NCBI GenBank assembly: GCA_030650095.1
Contig: JAUSEE010000002.1
Coordinates: forward strand, 6,711-70,710
Source of the DNA: Candidatus Buchananbacteria bacterium
Lineage (GTDB): Bacteria > Patescibacteriota > Patescibacteriia > 2-01-FULL-39-33
Direction: 5' to 3'
DNA: 64,000 nt
Position numbers and translations under genes: made by a program. The notes below the pieces were generated by a model. That model was not told the origin of the DNA. It ran no database searches and saw nothing but the letters and a program-made list of their open reading frames with translations. Below are positions 9,225-19,200 of the stretch, piece by piece. The stretch's first letter is position 1. Each line of letters begins with the position of its first letter.

Positions 9225-9524
9225 ATGACTAAATATTATTATATTTATATTCTAACCAATAAACATAATAGAGTATTATATATAGGTGTAACCAATAATT
9301 TAATCAAAAGAGTTTGGGAGCATAAAAATAAAATAAATAACAATTCATCTTTTACTAGAAGATATAATATTGATAAATTAGTCTATTATGAATAGAGTGA
9401 ATCAGTCCATAATGCTATTGCTAGAGAAAAACAGTTAAAAGGAGGATCTAGAAAACAAAAGGTAGATTTGATAAATACTTTAAATCCGGAGTGGAAAGAT
9501 CTTTATATAGAAATGACAAAATAG
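9225..9524 (+). pseudogene. Small GIY-YIG nuclease with an in-frame TAG at codon 57 (not in the ORF track)
   Basis: Manual translation: MTKYYYIYILTNKHNRVLYIGVTNNLIKRVWEHK...KLVYYE*SESVHNAIAREKQLKGGSRKQKVDLINTLNPEWKDL; TAG at 9393-9395. Confidence 0.9.
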
Positions 9525-9543
9525 TGCCATTATTAGGCCTTAC

Positions 9544-9644
9544 TGTCATTGCGAGCCTGCCTGTCGGCAGACAGGCTTGTGAAGCAATCCTATGGTTGTA
9601 GGATACGAGATTGCTTCGGTCGCTGTGGCTCCCTCGCAATGACA
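9544..9644. repeat. GTCATTGCG...CGCAATGAC palindromic repeat, full copy
   Basis: Left arm near-identical to 9072-9187. Confidence 0.9.
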
Positions 9645-9671
9645 AGTAGAATCACTATAAATAGCAAAAGT

Positions 9672-9718
9672 CGTCATTGCGAGCCTGCCTGTCGGCAGAC
9701 AGGCTTGTGAAGCAATCC
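9672..9718. repeat. Left half of palindromic repeat
   Basis: CGTCATTGCGAGCCTGCCTGTCGGCAGACAGGCTTGTGAAGCAATCC. Confidence 0.85.
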
Positions 9719-9744
9719 ATATTTATTAATTAAAATATAACATC

Positions 9745-10113
9745 ATGAAGAAAAAGATATTAATAGTGGAAGATGACAATTTTTTACAAAAAGCCCTGGG
9801 GCATGCCTTGTTAGAGAATGATTTCGATATTATTTCGGCTGTAAGCGGCGAGCAAGCAGTTCCCTTGGCTAAAAACGCTAAACCGGATTTGATTCTACTG
9901 GATATAATTTTGCCCAAAAAAGACGGTTTCGTGATAATGGAGGAATTAAAAAATGATTCGGCCATAGCTTCCATACCGGTAATATTTATCACTAATCTGG
10001 GGCAGAAGGAGGATGTTAAAAAAGGCTTGGATTTGGGAGCAAAAGGTTATATTATCAAAGCTCATTTTAAGATAGCTGATATTATTGATAAGATAAATGA
10101 AGTTTTAAAATAA
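9745..10113 (+). CDS. Single-domain response regulator
   Basis: ILIVEDD, LLDIILP, ITN, IIK. Confidence 0.93.
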   Translation: MKKKILIVEDDNFLQKALGHALLENDFDIISAVSGEQAVPLAKNAKPDLILLDIILPKKDGFVIMEELKNDSAIASIPVIFITNLGQKEDVKKGLDLGAKGYIIKAHFKIADIIDKINEVLK

Positions 10114-10130
10114 TAATCACATAATCATAA

Positions 10131-10256
10131 AATACGAGATTGCTTCGTTGCACTTTGTTTCGCTCGCAATGACAAGGATATAGAACTCCCTCGCAATGAC
10201 AGGAAAGAACGTCATTGCGATCCGCCCTGGGCGGAGAAGCAATCCCATGGTTATAA
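10131..10256. repeat. Right half, right-end fragment and left half of palindromic repeats in tandem
   Basis: AATACGAGATTGCTTC...CGCAATGACA (10131-10174), CTCCCTCGCAATGACA (10186-10201), CGTCATTGCGATCCGCC...GCAATCCCATGG (from 10210). Confidence 0.85.
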
Positions 10257-10286
10257 AGCACTTACTATTAATGCAATTATAAGTAT

Positions 10287-10661
10287 ATGAAAAAAATTTT
10301 AGTCATAGAAGACGACAATATACTGCAAAGCGCTATCTCTACTGCTCTAAAAGATGCCGGTTTTAGCACGGTTCAATCTTTTGACGGCGTAGACGGATTA
10401 AAAAAAGCCAAGAAAAACAATATCAATTTAATTTTATTGGATTTACTTATGCCCAAAAAAGACGGCTGGGAAGTTTTAAAAATGCTTAAAAAAGATAATA
10501 AAACCAAGAATATTCCGGTTTTTGTCTTAACAGTTTATGAGGGCGAGAACAGCATTTCTAAGTGTTTGTCTTTGGGCGCCAAAGGTTATTTTATCAAATC
10601 AAAATATTCGCTGGATGAAATAATAAAAAATATAAAAAATGAAATTGGCAAGGCTAAATAA
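10287..10661 (+). CDS. Single-domain response regulator
   Basis: ILVIEDD, LLDLLMP, FIK. Confidence 0.93.
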   Translation: MKKILVIEDDNILQSAISTALKDAGFSTVQSFDGVDGLKKAKKNNINLILLDLLMPKKDGWEVLKMLKKDNKTKNIPVFVLTVYEGENSISKCLSLGAKGYFIKSKYSLDEIIKNIKNEIGKAK

Positions 10662-10671
10662 ATAATCAGAT

Positions 10672-10702
10672 AATAAGACGGCTTAGACTAGCCGTCTTAT
10701 TT
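10672..10702 (+). terminator. Intrinsic terminator
   Basis: AATAAGACGGCT-TAGACT-AGCCGTCTTATT. Confidence 0.75.
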
Positions 10703-10820
10703 AATATTAGCTGTTTGGTTTATTTTTTAAATAAGTGTTATAATAATAAAAGAACATAACAAAAATTGCATAATAAAAATTAGAAATTAATTAAATATTT
10801 GTTTTAATTTGATAATTTTT

Positions 10821-11465
10821 ATGTTTAGAAAATATTTCATTATTTTAACCGTTTATTTAATCGGTTTGGCTTCTTTGGCGATCATAGTGGCTTGGATTTT
10901 TGATATTACTGTGGTTTTATCTATTTTGCCTGGCTTTATCACTATAAAATTCAGTACCGCCTTAGCTTTCTTTTTAAGCTCGCTTATCTTGTATTTTGCT
11001 TATTATTCCCCTCAAGGCAGGTTTGCCAATCTGAATTTAATTATTGTTTCATTTTCCATCTTAATTATTTGGATTATGATGATAACAATTTTAGTTTCTA
11101 TTATTTTTGGTTTCAAAAGCGGTATAGAAAATTTGTTTATTATTGATACAACCATAGCTACTAACCCCTATGTACCCGGGAGACCATCACTAGGCACTAT
11201 AGTCGCTTTTTTACTCATTACCATTTTAGGCCTTAATATTTTTTACGAAGGAAAGTGGAAAAATCAGCTATTTTTATTTCTTGGATCTTTAGTGTTTCTA
11301 ATCGGAGCAGTGTCTAAGATCGGCCTAATATTGGCCGTGCCTGTTTTGTATTATGACGTTCCTTCTATTAGCAATGCTATTTCCATACCGGCCAGCATTC
11401 TTTTTATGTTTATCGGGCTGGCCTTTTCTCTGCTTTATAAAATAAATCCCAAACGCCAAGCATGA
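10821..11465 (+). CDS. Membrane protein (about 6 TM) resembling a detached sensor-kinase membrane domain
   Basis: Hydrophobic helices with IKFSTALAF and GRPSLGTIVAF; ATGA overlap with the downstream kinase; ATG 10821 preferred to TTG 10809. Confidence 0.7.
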   Translation: MFRKYFIILTVYLIGLASLAIIVAWIFDITVVLSILPGFITIKFSTALAFFLSSLILYFAYYSPQGRFANLNLIIVSFSILIIWIMMITILVSIIFGFKSGIENLFIIDTTIATNPYVPGRPSLGTIVAFLLITILGLNIFYEGKWKNQLFLFLGSLVFLIGAVSKIGLILAVPVLYYDVPSISNAISIPASILFMFIGLAFSLLYKINPKRQA

Positions 11466-13684
11466 AATTATTCACTCAATTAGTTACATTATTCATAGGC
11501 TTAACCCTTATTCCTTTAATATTTGTCGGCTTGCTTACTTATGCCAATACCAAAGGCGTTATTACTGATCAGATAATGGCTCAGTTGGTTTCTATTGCTG
11601 ATATTAAGAAAAATCAGATGAACCAGGTTATTGATGCTTATCTGGCAGATGTGGAAGAGTTAGCTTTACGAAATTATTTGCGCCTTAATTTAGAGGAGTA
11701 TAATCAAAATCCCACCATCGAACTGGCCTCGTCTATTGAAGCTAATATTTTCGATAGCTTGATATCTTCCCCTGAAATTGTTTCTATTGCCATTAAAGAT
11801 TCAAAAGGAAAAACAGTAGCTTCTGTGGGGGATGATTATGTGGAGCCGTTAGTAAACACAAAACAGTCGCCGGCTATAGAGAATATTTTTATGAATAGCC
11901 AAGGCATTCCTCGCGTTTTGCTTAGAAGTCCTATTATTGTAAATAATTCTACTATCGGATCCGTTGAGGTAGTAAGCAAAATTGATCCCTTTCGTATAAT
12001 AGCCGGTGATTATTCGGGCTTAGGCCAGTCGGGCGAGGTTTTAATAGCCAAGAAAAACGAAGCTGGTGATGCTCTTTTTTTAACGCCCATACGCTTTGAT
12101 CAAGGTGCCGCTCTAAAGCGGATTGTTAAAAAAGACAGAACCGATGTACCCTCTACCCATGCTGTTTCCGGCGAAGAAGCCTTTTTTCTGTCTGGCATGG
12201 TTGATTATCGCGGGGTTCCTGTTTTGGCGGTTACCAGGTTTATTGACAGACAAGGTTGGGGTATTGTGGTTAAAATAGATCGTGATGAAGTTTTTCAGCC
12301 ACTTACCAGCATATTGTTAACCTTTATTGTCATTATCACTACCACCCTTTTAGCGGTTGTTTTAGTAGCGGTTTTTGTGGCGCGCGCCATAACCAAGCCA
12401 ATCAGTCAATTATCCCAGGCGGCTGGAAAATTATCCCAAGGCAATTTTACCGCGGCTATAGAAATCATAAGTTATTATCCCAGCAATGAAATAGGCGTAA
12501 TGGCTAAGGCTTTTACTAAAATGGCATCCCAACTCAAAGAATTATACAGAAATTTAGAGGCCAAAGTGAAAGAGAGGACGCATGATTTAGAAAAATTCGA
12601 ATTGGCTGTGGATAGCGCCTATGATCAAATAGTTATTACTAATCCCGATGGCTTGATCTTGCATGCCAACAAATCCATAGAAAGGATTACCGGTTTTAAA
12701 TTAAAAGAGGTTTTAGGCCGGAAAGTCGGATCAAGGGAATTGTGGGGTGGACAAATGGGACCGGATTTTTATAAAAAATTATGGAAAACAATCAAAATAG
12801 ATAAAAAAACTTTTTCCGGAGAATTAATAAACCATCGCAAGAACGGTGATAATTATAATGTGCTGGTTAGGATTTCGCCGGTTTTGGATGATAAAAACCG
12901 GGTTGTTTATTTTGTGGGCATTGAAAGGGATATTACCAAGGAAAAAGAAGTGGATAAAATGAAAACCGAATTTGTCTCGGTGGCTTCGCATCAGCTTAGA
13001 ACGCCACTCACTGCCATTAGGTGGTATGTCGAGGAAGTTTACAACGGTGAACTGGGCAAGTTAAATAAAAATCAAAAAGATTATCTTAAACAGATACTGG
13101 AATCAAATGAGAGGATGATCAGGCTGGTTAATGATCTCTTGAATGTTTCCAGATTGGAAAGCGGTCGGGTAACTGTTGAACCTGTTTTAACTGATTTAGT
13201 TGAATTGATTGGCACCGTAGTTAACGAATGCGGTATATTAGCTAAGGCTAAAAATTGCCAATTGAATTTTATCAAACCAAAAAGCAAGATATCCAAAATA
13301 AAAATAGACCCAGTTTTAATCGCGCAAGTTATAAATAATTTGGTTTCCAATTCCCTTAAATATTCCAAGTCCAGCGGTGAAAAATGTTCAGTGGTAATTG
13401 ATTTGTCTAAAAAAGACCCAAATGTTATCATTAGCGTAAAAGATAACGGCATTGGCATACCTTCTGGTCTTCAGAATCGTGTTTTTGATAAGTTTTTTAG
13501 GGCCGACAATGCCATTAAATCAGAAACCGAGGGCACCGGCCTGGGTCTTTACATTTCCAAGATGGTGGTGGAAGCATCGGGTGGAAAAATCTGGTTTGAA
13601 TCCAGCGAAGATGGAACAACTTTCACTTTTACCTTGCCGCTCTCTGGCAGTCCGGCGCGCAAAGGTGAAAAAGGCTTATCTTAA
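11462..13684 (+). CDS. Membrane histidine kinase (Cache-like, HAMP, PAS, HisKA, HATPase)
   Basis: Two TMs around an extracytoplasmic domain, HAMP (NEIGVMAKAF), PAS, ASHQLRTPLT, ATPase boxes. Confidence 0.93.
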   Translation: MKLFTQLVTLFIGLTLIPLIFVGLLTYANTKGVITDQIMAQLVSIADIKKNQMNQVIDAYLADVEELALRNYLRLNLEEYNQNPTIELASSIEANIFDSLISSPEIVSIAIKDSKGKTVASVGDDYVEPLVNTKQSPAIENIFMNSQGIPRVLLRSPIIVNNSTIGSVEVVSKIDPFRIIAGDYSGLGQSGEVLIAKKNEAGDALFLTPIRFDQGAALKRIVKKDRTDVPSTHAVSGEEAFFLSGMVDYRGVPVLAVTRFIDRQGWGIVVKIDRDEVFQPLTSILLTFIVIITTTLLAVVLVAVFVARAITKPISQLSQAAGKLSQGNFTAAIEIISYYPSNEIGVMAKAFTKMASQLKELYRNLEAKVKERTHDLEKFELAVDSAYDQIVITNPDGLILHANKSIERITGFKLKEVLGRKVGSRELWGGQMGPDFYKKLWKTIKIDKKTFSGELINHRKNGDNYNVLVRISPVLDDKNRVVYFVGIERDITKEKEVDKMKTEFVSVASHQLRTPLTAIRWYVEEVYNGELGKLNKNQKDYLKQILESNERMIRLVNDLLNVSRLESGRVTVEPVLTDLVELIGTVVNECGILAKAKNCQLNFIKPKSKISKIKIDPVLIAQVINNLVSNSLKYSKSSGEKCSVVIDLSKKDPNVIISVKDNGIGIPSGLQNRVFDKFFRADNAIKSETEGTGLGLYISKMVVEASGGKIWFESSEDGTTFTFTLPLSGSPARKGEKGLS

Positions 13685-13711
13685 AATAAAATACAAAATA
13701 ATAACAAGTTT

Positions 13712-14092
13712 ATGGCCAAGAAAAAATCATACAAAATCCTGGTAGTGGAAGATGAACCGGCTCTCCAGCAAACATTGGGGGATAAAATCAAACGCGAGGG
13801 TTGGGAGTATATCCCATCTTTAAACGGCGAAGAGGGCTTAAGGACGATTAAGAAATCACAGCCTGATTTGATTATTTTGGATTTGCTTATGCCCAAAATG
13901 AGCGGATTGGAGATGTTAAAAGAAGTGCGAAAAATTTATGATAAGCAGGATTTGCCGGTGATAATTTTGACTAATTACAGCGAAGGCCAGAATGTCAGCG
14001 AAGCCATAGCTTTGGGAGCTGATATTTTCCTAGTTAAAGCCAATTATTCCCTGGAAGAAATTATTGAAAAGATAAGAGAGGTTTTGGATTAA
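13712..14092 (+). CDS. Single-domain response regulator
   Basis: VVEDE, ILDLLMP, LTN, LVK. Confidence 0.93.
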   Translation: MAKKKSYKILVVEDEPALQQTLGDKIKREGWEYIPSLNGEEGLRTIKKSQPDLIILDLLMPKMSGLEMLKEVRKIYDKQDLPVIILTNYSEGQNVSEAIALGADIFLVKANYSLEEIIEKIREVLD

Positions 14093-14113
14093 ATAATAAT
14101 ATCTACATCAGAA

Positions 14114-14506
14114 GTGATGATAGCAGAGAACAAAATAAAACCGGATTGTAAGATTTTATTAGCCGAAGGCGACAGATTCTTATCGAAAGTTATCAGCAAT
14201 AAGCTGCTGCGGCGCGGTTTCTGCCTGTCTTTGGCTAATGACGGCTTGGAAGCTATGGCTAAAATAAAGACCGAACAGTTTGATTTGGTTTTACTGGATT
14301 TAACTTTAAGCAAGAAAAACGGCTTGGAAGTTTTGGCCGAATTAAAGAAAGATAAGAAATTAAAAATAAAAATCGTGGTTTTGTTAAGCTTAAGCAAAAC
14401 CAGCGACATAGAAAAAATAAAAAAATTAGGCATTACCGATTATATTATTAAAAGTGATTTGTCTATAAATACGCTGGCGGATAAAGTGGGAGAATTGATC
14501 AAATAA
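14114..14506 (+). CDS. Atypical single-domain response regulator
   Basis: Receiver pattern, but AEGD and DLTLS replace the EDD and DLxMP seen in its neighbours. Confidence 0.85.
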   Translation: MMIAENKIKPDCKILLAEGDRFLSKVISNKLLRRGFCLSLANDGLEAMAKIKTEQFDLVLLDLTLSKKNGLEVLAELKKDKKLKIKIVVLLSLSKTSDIEKIKKLGITDYIIKSDLSINTLADKVGELIK

Positions 14507-14603
14507 CAAAAAAGAAGGGGGGATAGCGCTGGTAGCTATTTTTATGTTATAATTAAAAAGCATATTTGTATGCTTAATTTTAGAAAGTAAATAAAAATAG
14601 ATT

Positions 14604-14999
14604 ATGCTGGGCCTAAAAAAACAAACAGCTAACAAGAAAGTCTTGCTGGTAGAGGATGATTCCCTTCTGGCTAACATATTAATGGATTCACTGGTTCGCG
14701 AAAAGTTTGACGCCGTTAACATAAAAGACGGCTTAGGGGTAATGGAGGCGGCTCAAAAGTTTAAGCCCGATATTGTTTTATTGGATTTGATTTTGCCGGG
14801 CCTGGACGGCTTTGAAGTCCTGAGGCAACTGAAAGCTGACAGCAAATTGAAAAGCGTGCCGGTTTTTATAATCTCTAATTTAGACAGCATTTCTGAGGTT
14901 AAATCGGCCAAAGCTTTGGGGGCGGAAGATTATTTTATCAAAGCCAATACCGATATAGAAAAAATCATAAAAGTAGTCAAAAAACGAATTAATAAGTAA
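14604..14999 (+). CDS. Single-domain response regulator
   Basis: LVEDD, LLDLILP, ISN, FIK. Confidence 0.93.
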   Translation: MLGLKKQTANKKVLLVEDDSLLANILMDSLVREKFDAVNIKDGLGVMEAAQKFKPDIVLLDLILPGLDGFEVLRQLKADSKLKSVPVFIISNLDSISEVKSAKALGAEDYFIKANTDIEKIIKVVKKRINK

Positions 15000-15004
15000 T
15001 ACCT

Positions 15005-15415
15005 ATGCCACTAAGCGCGGATAAGGAGGAAAAAAAGCCCAGCGTAAAAGGAAACAAGATGATTCTGATAGTGGAAGACGATCAGGTTCTTTTGAGGGTG
15101 ATGTATCTGTTTTTAAAGAGAAGATCCGGTTTTGCCATAGCTACCGCCAGCGATGGCGATACGGCCTTGAAAATGGCCCAAAGGCTTAAACCGAATGTTA
15201 TTTTATTAGATCTGATTCTGCCAAAAATGGATGGTTTTTCGGTCTTAAAATCACTTAAATCCGATCCGATGATGAAAGACATACCAGTGATAGTTTTATC
15301 CAATTTGGGGGATACCGGCGACATTGATAAAGCCAAAGATCTGGGCGCGGCTGATTATTTTGTCAAAGCCAATACCGATTTAGCCGTTATTTTGGAAAAA
15401 ATAAAAAATTATTAA
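15005..15415 (+). CDS. Single-domain response regulator
   Basis: IVEDD, LLDLILP, LSN, FVK. Confidence 0.93.
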   Translation: MPLSADKEEKKPSVKGNKMILIVEDDQVLLRVMYLFLKRRSGFAIATASDGDTALKMAQRLKPNVILLDLILPKMDGFSVLKSLKSDPMMKDIPVIVLSNLGDTGDIDKAKDLGAADYFVKANTDLAVILEKIKNY

Positions 15416-15424
15416 TTTAACCAT

Positions 15425-16249
15425 ATGCTCCAAACTCGTTGGTTGAATCTGGTGCTTCTGCTGACCAACAGGATTTATGAGCAAAAACAACAAGTTATCA
15501 GGAGGTCTGGCCTAAGTGCCATACTTAATGTTTTCAATTTGGTTTTACTAGAGCTTTTCTTGGGTCTAATTTCCTTCCCGCTTTATCTGGGCATGAGAGC
15601 CGGAAAAGTCTCTACTTTTTTGGAGGATAAAAGCGGTTATGAAAAAATAACTTTTGATTATAACTTACGCCGCGTCCTGACTTTAACCAGCGCGAGCGTT
15701 ATTTTTTTTATTTGGCTGGTTAAGCTTTCGGTGATTGTCTTGGCGCCCACTTTTTTCGGGCCGATACAGCTTTATTCGGTTTCTGATTTGAGGCCGGTGG
15801 ACCTCTTGGAAAAAGAAATAATCGTGGCCGAAACTCGTATTCAGACAGCCCGGGTTTTGGATCAAATGACTGTGCCCGAGCTTAAAAAAGTGGATAAATT
15901 AAGAGGCGGCAATTATCGTTTTTACGGCACCGGCCAGCCCCAAACCAAGGTAGTTTTACTGGTGGCTGATACTCAAACGCTTATTTTAATCGGCGATACT
16001 GACGATAAAGGCAATTGGCAGGTGGATTTAATTAGAAGTGAATTCAAATTAAGCGCAGGCAACCATTCCGTTTTGGTTTTTAATTTTGATGAAGCTAAAG
16101 AGGTTCGTAGCCAAGTATCATACAAGCAATATTTTAAATCAAAAGATACTCTAATTGATCAATTGGTAAAGAACACTGATATTTTTATCAATTCATCAAT
16201 AATAATCGTTATAATCTTGGGCATTCTCTTAACTGTCTTAACTCTTTAA
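15425..16249 (+). CDS. Membrane protein with one Ig-like domain; miniature paralog of the downstream giant protein
   Basis: N- and C-terminal regions align by eye with both ends of 16254-25826. Confidence 0.8.
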   Translation: MLQTRWLNLVLLLTNRIYEQKQQVIRRSGLSAILNVFNLVLLELFLGLISFPLYLGMRAGKVSTFLEDKSGYEKITFDYNLRRVLTLTSASVIFFIWLVKLSVIVLAPTFFGPIQLYSVSDLRPVDLLEKEIIVAETRIQTARVLDQMTVPELKKVDKLRGGNYRFYGTGQPQTKVVLLVADTQTLILIGDTDDKGNWQVDLIRSEFKLSAGNHSVLVFNFDEAKEVRSQVSYKQYFKSKDTLIDQLVKNTDIFINSSIIIVIILGILLTVLTL

Positions 16250-16253
16250 ACAT

Positions 16254-19200
16254 ATGTCTGAAAGATGGCTCAATTTATTTTTAAAGCTCTCCGGTTTCAT
16301 CTTTAATACCAAACAGAAAGTGGTGAAGGCTGATAATTGGGTGATGGTTATTCCTCATGTTTTGGTTATTATAGTTTTTGAGCTGGGTTTTGCCATTATT
16401 TCTTTGCCCATGTATCTGATTGTTTCTCCTAAGGCAGTCCAGGAAAGAGGCTTTATTTTTCCCATGGGGGAAGGGGAAAAAAGCGACAAAAAAGATGTGA
16501 TTCGCGTTTATACTGCCAGAAGGAGAATCAGCCTAACTACCGGGGCTGGCGCCGGCACATTTTTTGTTTTAAAAATTTTGCTTATTGTTTTTACTTCGCT
16601 TTATCTTTTGGGCGCTCAAAAACTGTTGGCTGCTACCCAGGATTGGACTTTTGACACGGCCGGCGATTACACCTATGACAGCGCCAAAATAGAGGTGACT
16701 GGCGGCGTAGGACGGTTAAAAAATATCGGCAGCGCTACTTCCGGCTCTACCACCAATTCTGCTTTTACCAGTGACGCTACCGATTGGACTTATGCCGATT
16801 GGCTTAATAACGCTGGCGCTAGCGGGGCTTATTCTTCCACTGGCGGCAATACCGGAGGCAATGTGCAAATTACTTTAAGTTCGGCAAAAAATAAAACCAC
16901 TGCCGGTTTGTATAGGCAGTCATTTACGACAACTGTTGATTCTCCGGATACAGCCACTTTGAATTTGGATTGGTCATCAATCAGCTATTCGGTGCCGGCC
17001 CCCTTTGATACTTACCAGCTTTACGCTTTTATTGATACGGCCAGTGGCGATCCGACATTGGGACAGCAGGTCTGGAGCAGCGGTGAAATTACCGGCACGA
17101 CCGCTTGGGCGAGCAGCGCCACCATTGATATTACCAGTAAGGTTCCAACTGCTGACACTTATTACTTAAAAATCGTCGCTTATCATGATACGCCCGGCAC
17201 TACTGGCACATACACTACTGTAGCCGGTTTTGATAATGTGGTTGTTAATTGGTCTAAAACCACCGTGCTTTATGCTTCTGATAGGCCAACTATTAATCCA
17301 ACCACTTCCTTGAGTAATGAATTTGTAACTACTTGGGATTCCTTTACTGAAACAGCCACCAAAAACGGCGGTGAAATCTATTATCAATTATCCAATGATG
17401 ACGGCGCAACTTGGCAATATTGGAACGGCAGCGCCTGGGCGACAGCCGGAGCCAGCAATTACAACACCGGCTCGGTTATAAATACCAATATAAGCACTTT
17501 CGGCGTTACCAACCATAAAATAAGGTGGAAAGCATATTTAGAAAGCAACGGCAGCCAACAGGTCATACTTGATAATGTCAATATCGGTTATACCGAAAAC
17601 GATCCGACTCATGTCCAAAACTTATCCCCAGCGCAAAACACCACTTCCGGCTTAATGCATGTTAATTATGAATTAAAGGATGATCAAAGCGATCCGGCTT
17701 CGCTGGTGGTTTACGAATATTCTTTAACCGGCGCCTTTAGTGGTGAACAAACAACTATGACTGCTTCCACTACTGATGCCAGCCATAATGGCGTGTCCGG
17801 ACTCTCCAGTTCGCCGACCGGTGTGGCTCATACCTTTGTCTGGGACGCTCAAACTCAAATCGGCGCTATTTATGATGCATCTGTTTATGTTCGGTTGCGG
17901 GGTAGTGACGGCATCAATGTCGGTGATCATACCACTTCTACCGCTTTCGCCGTGGATTATGTGGTGCCGGTAGTTACAAATGTCAGCGCTTCTCAAGTGT
18001 CTGGTTCTACTAATGTCACTATAACTTATGATTTAGCCGATGATACTTCGGATAATTTGTTGGTGGAATTAGGTATTTCCAATGATGGCGGTAGCACCTG
18101 GGTAGTGCCGACAGTTACTGCTTCCGGACATGTCGGTTCCGGAGTGACAGCCGGCACCGGCAAATCCATTACTTGGAATGCCGGCACTGATTATGATGAG
18201 CACCAGCAGAGCACTATGCAAGTTAGAGTGAGAGCTAAAGATAAATATCAAAACCAAGGTTCTTATGCTTCTTCGGCTAATTTCACTTTAGACACTTTAA
18301 ACCCGGTTACCAATGCCACCTCTAATTTACAGGCCCAGCCTAATGCCGGAGATACCACGGTTTCCATTAGCGGTTCCTTTACCGAAGCTAATCCTAATAC
18401 TAATGATTTTTATGCGGCTCTAAATGGCGGAGCTTACTCTTCGGCTACAGCCGGCGCATCTGATACGGTAACGCCCGGCACTCAATCAACAGCGGTGGGC
18501 GTCACTTTGGACGGCAATGATTATATCTCCGGCGTCAAAATCACCCACACTGATGATTTCGGCCAAGCGACTGATAACGAAAACACTTCTCCTAATACGG
18601 CTTACAAATACGTTAAGCCTTACACTCCGCAAGCTCCGACCTTGGATAATCCGGTAACCACCAGATTGGACTTAACTATTAATCCGCATGCTTCAGAAAC
18701 TAGTGGTTTAGATTATTTAATTCAAGAAACCACCAGCGGCAATTATGTCCAGGCTGACGGCACTTTGGGCGCCAGCGAGGTTTGGCAGGTAATGGGCACC
18801 GGCAGCGGACAGTGGGGCAATAACACCAGCGTTAGCGGCAAAGTAAGAATTACTGGTTTAAGCTCACCGGTGGCTAATTATATTTTTAAAGTCAAATCAA
18901 GAAATAATAGTGATACTGCTCATGCCGCATCTTCTGAATCAGCTTTCTCCTCTACCGCTCAAATTACCAATACCGCGCCTTCCATCGCCTTGGGCAGCGT
19001 GGCGCAAACCACCGATGGCACGCGTTATGTGCCTGTAAATTATACCGGCACAGACGGCCAAGGTGATTTAAATGATATAACCGTTTATGAATATTCCACT
19101 GATAATTCCGCTTGGAACACGATGACGGAAAAGAGCGGTGTCGGTTCTGAGGGCTTGGCTGATTTGGTTTTCTTATCCGGCGGCAGCGCTCATAATTTTG

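Noticed and set aside
9393-9395. TAG readthrough or stop-codon recoding in the GIY-YIG gene
   Set aside because: TAG is a real stop elsewhere (cvpA 32064-32066, C39 gene 44867-44869) and TGA also terminates genes; a nonsense mutation or sequencing error is simpler
9072-10256. Clustered repeats as a CRISPR array
   Set aside because: Copies are long palindromes or halves with irregular spacing, separated by genes; no cas genes
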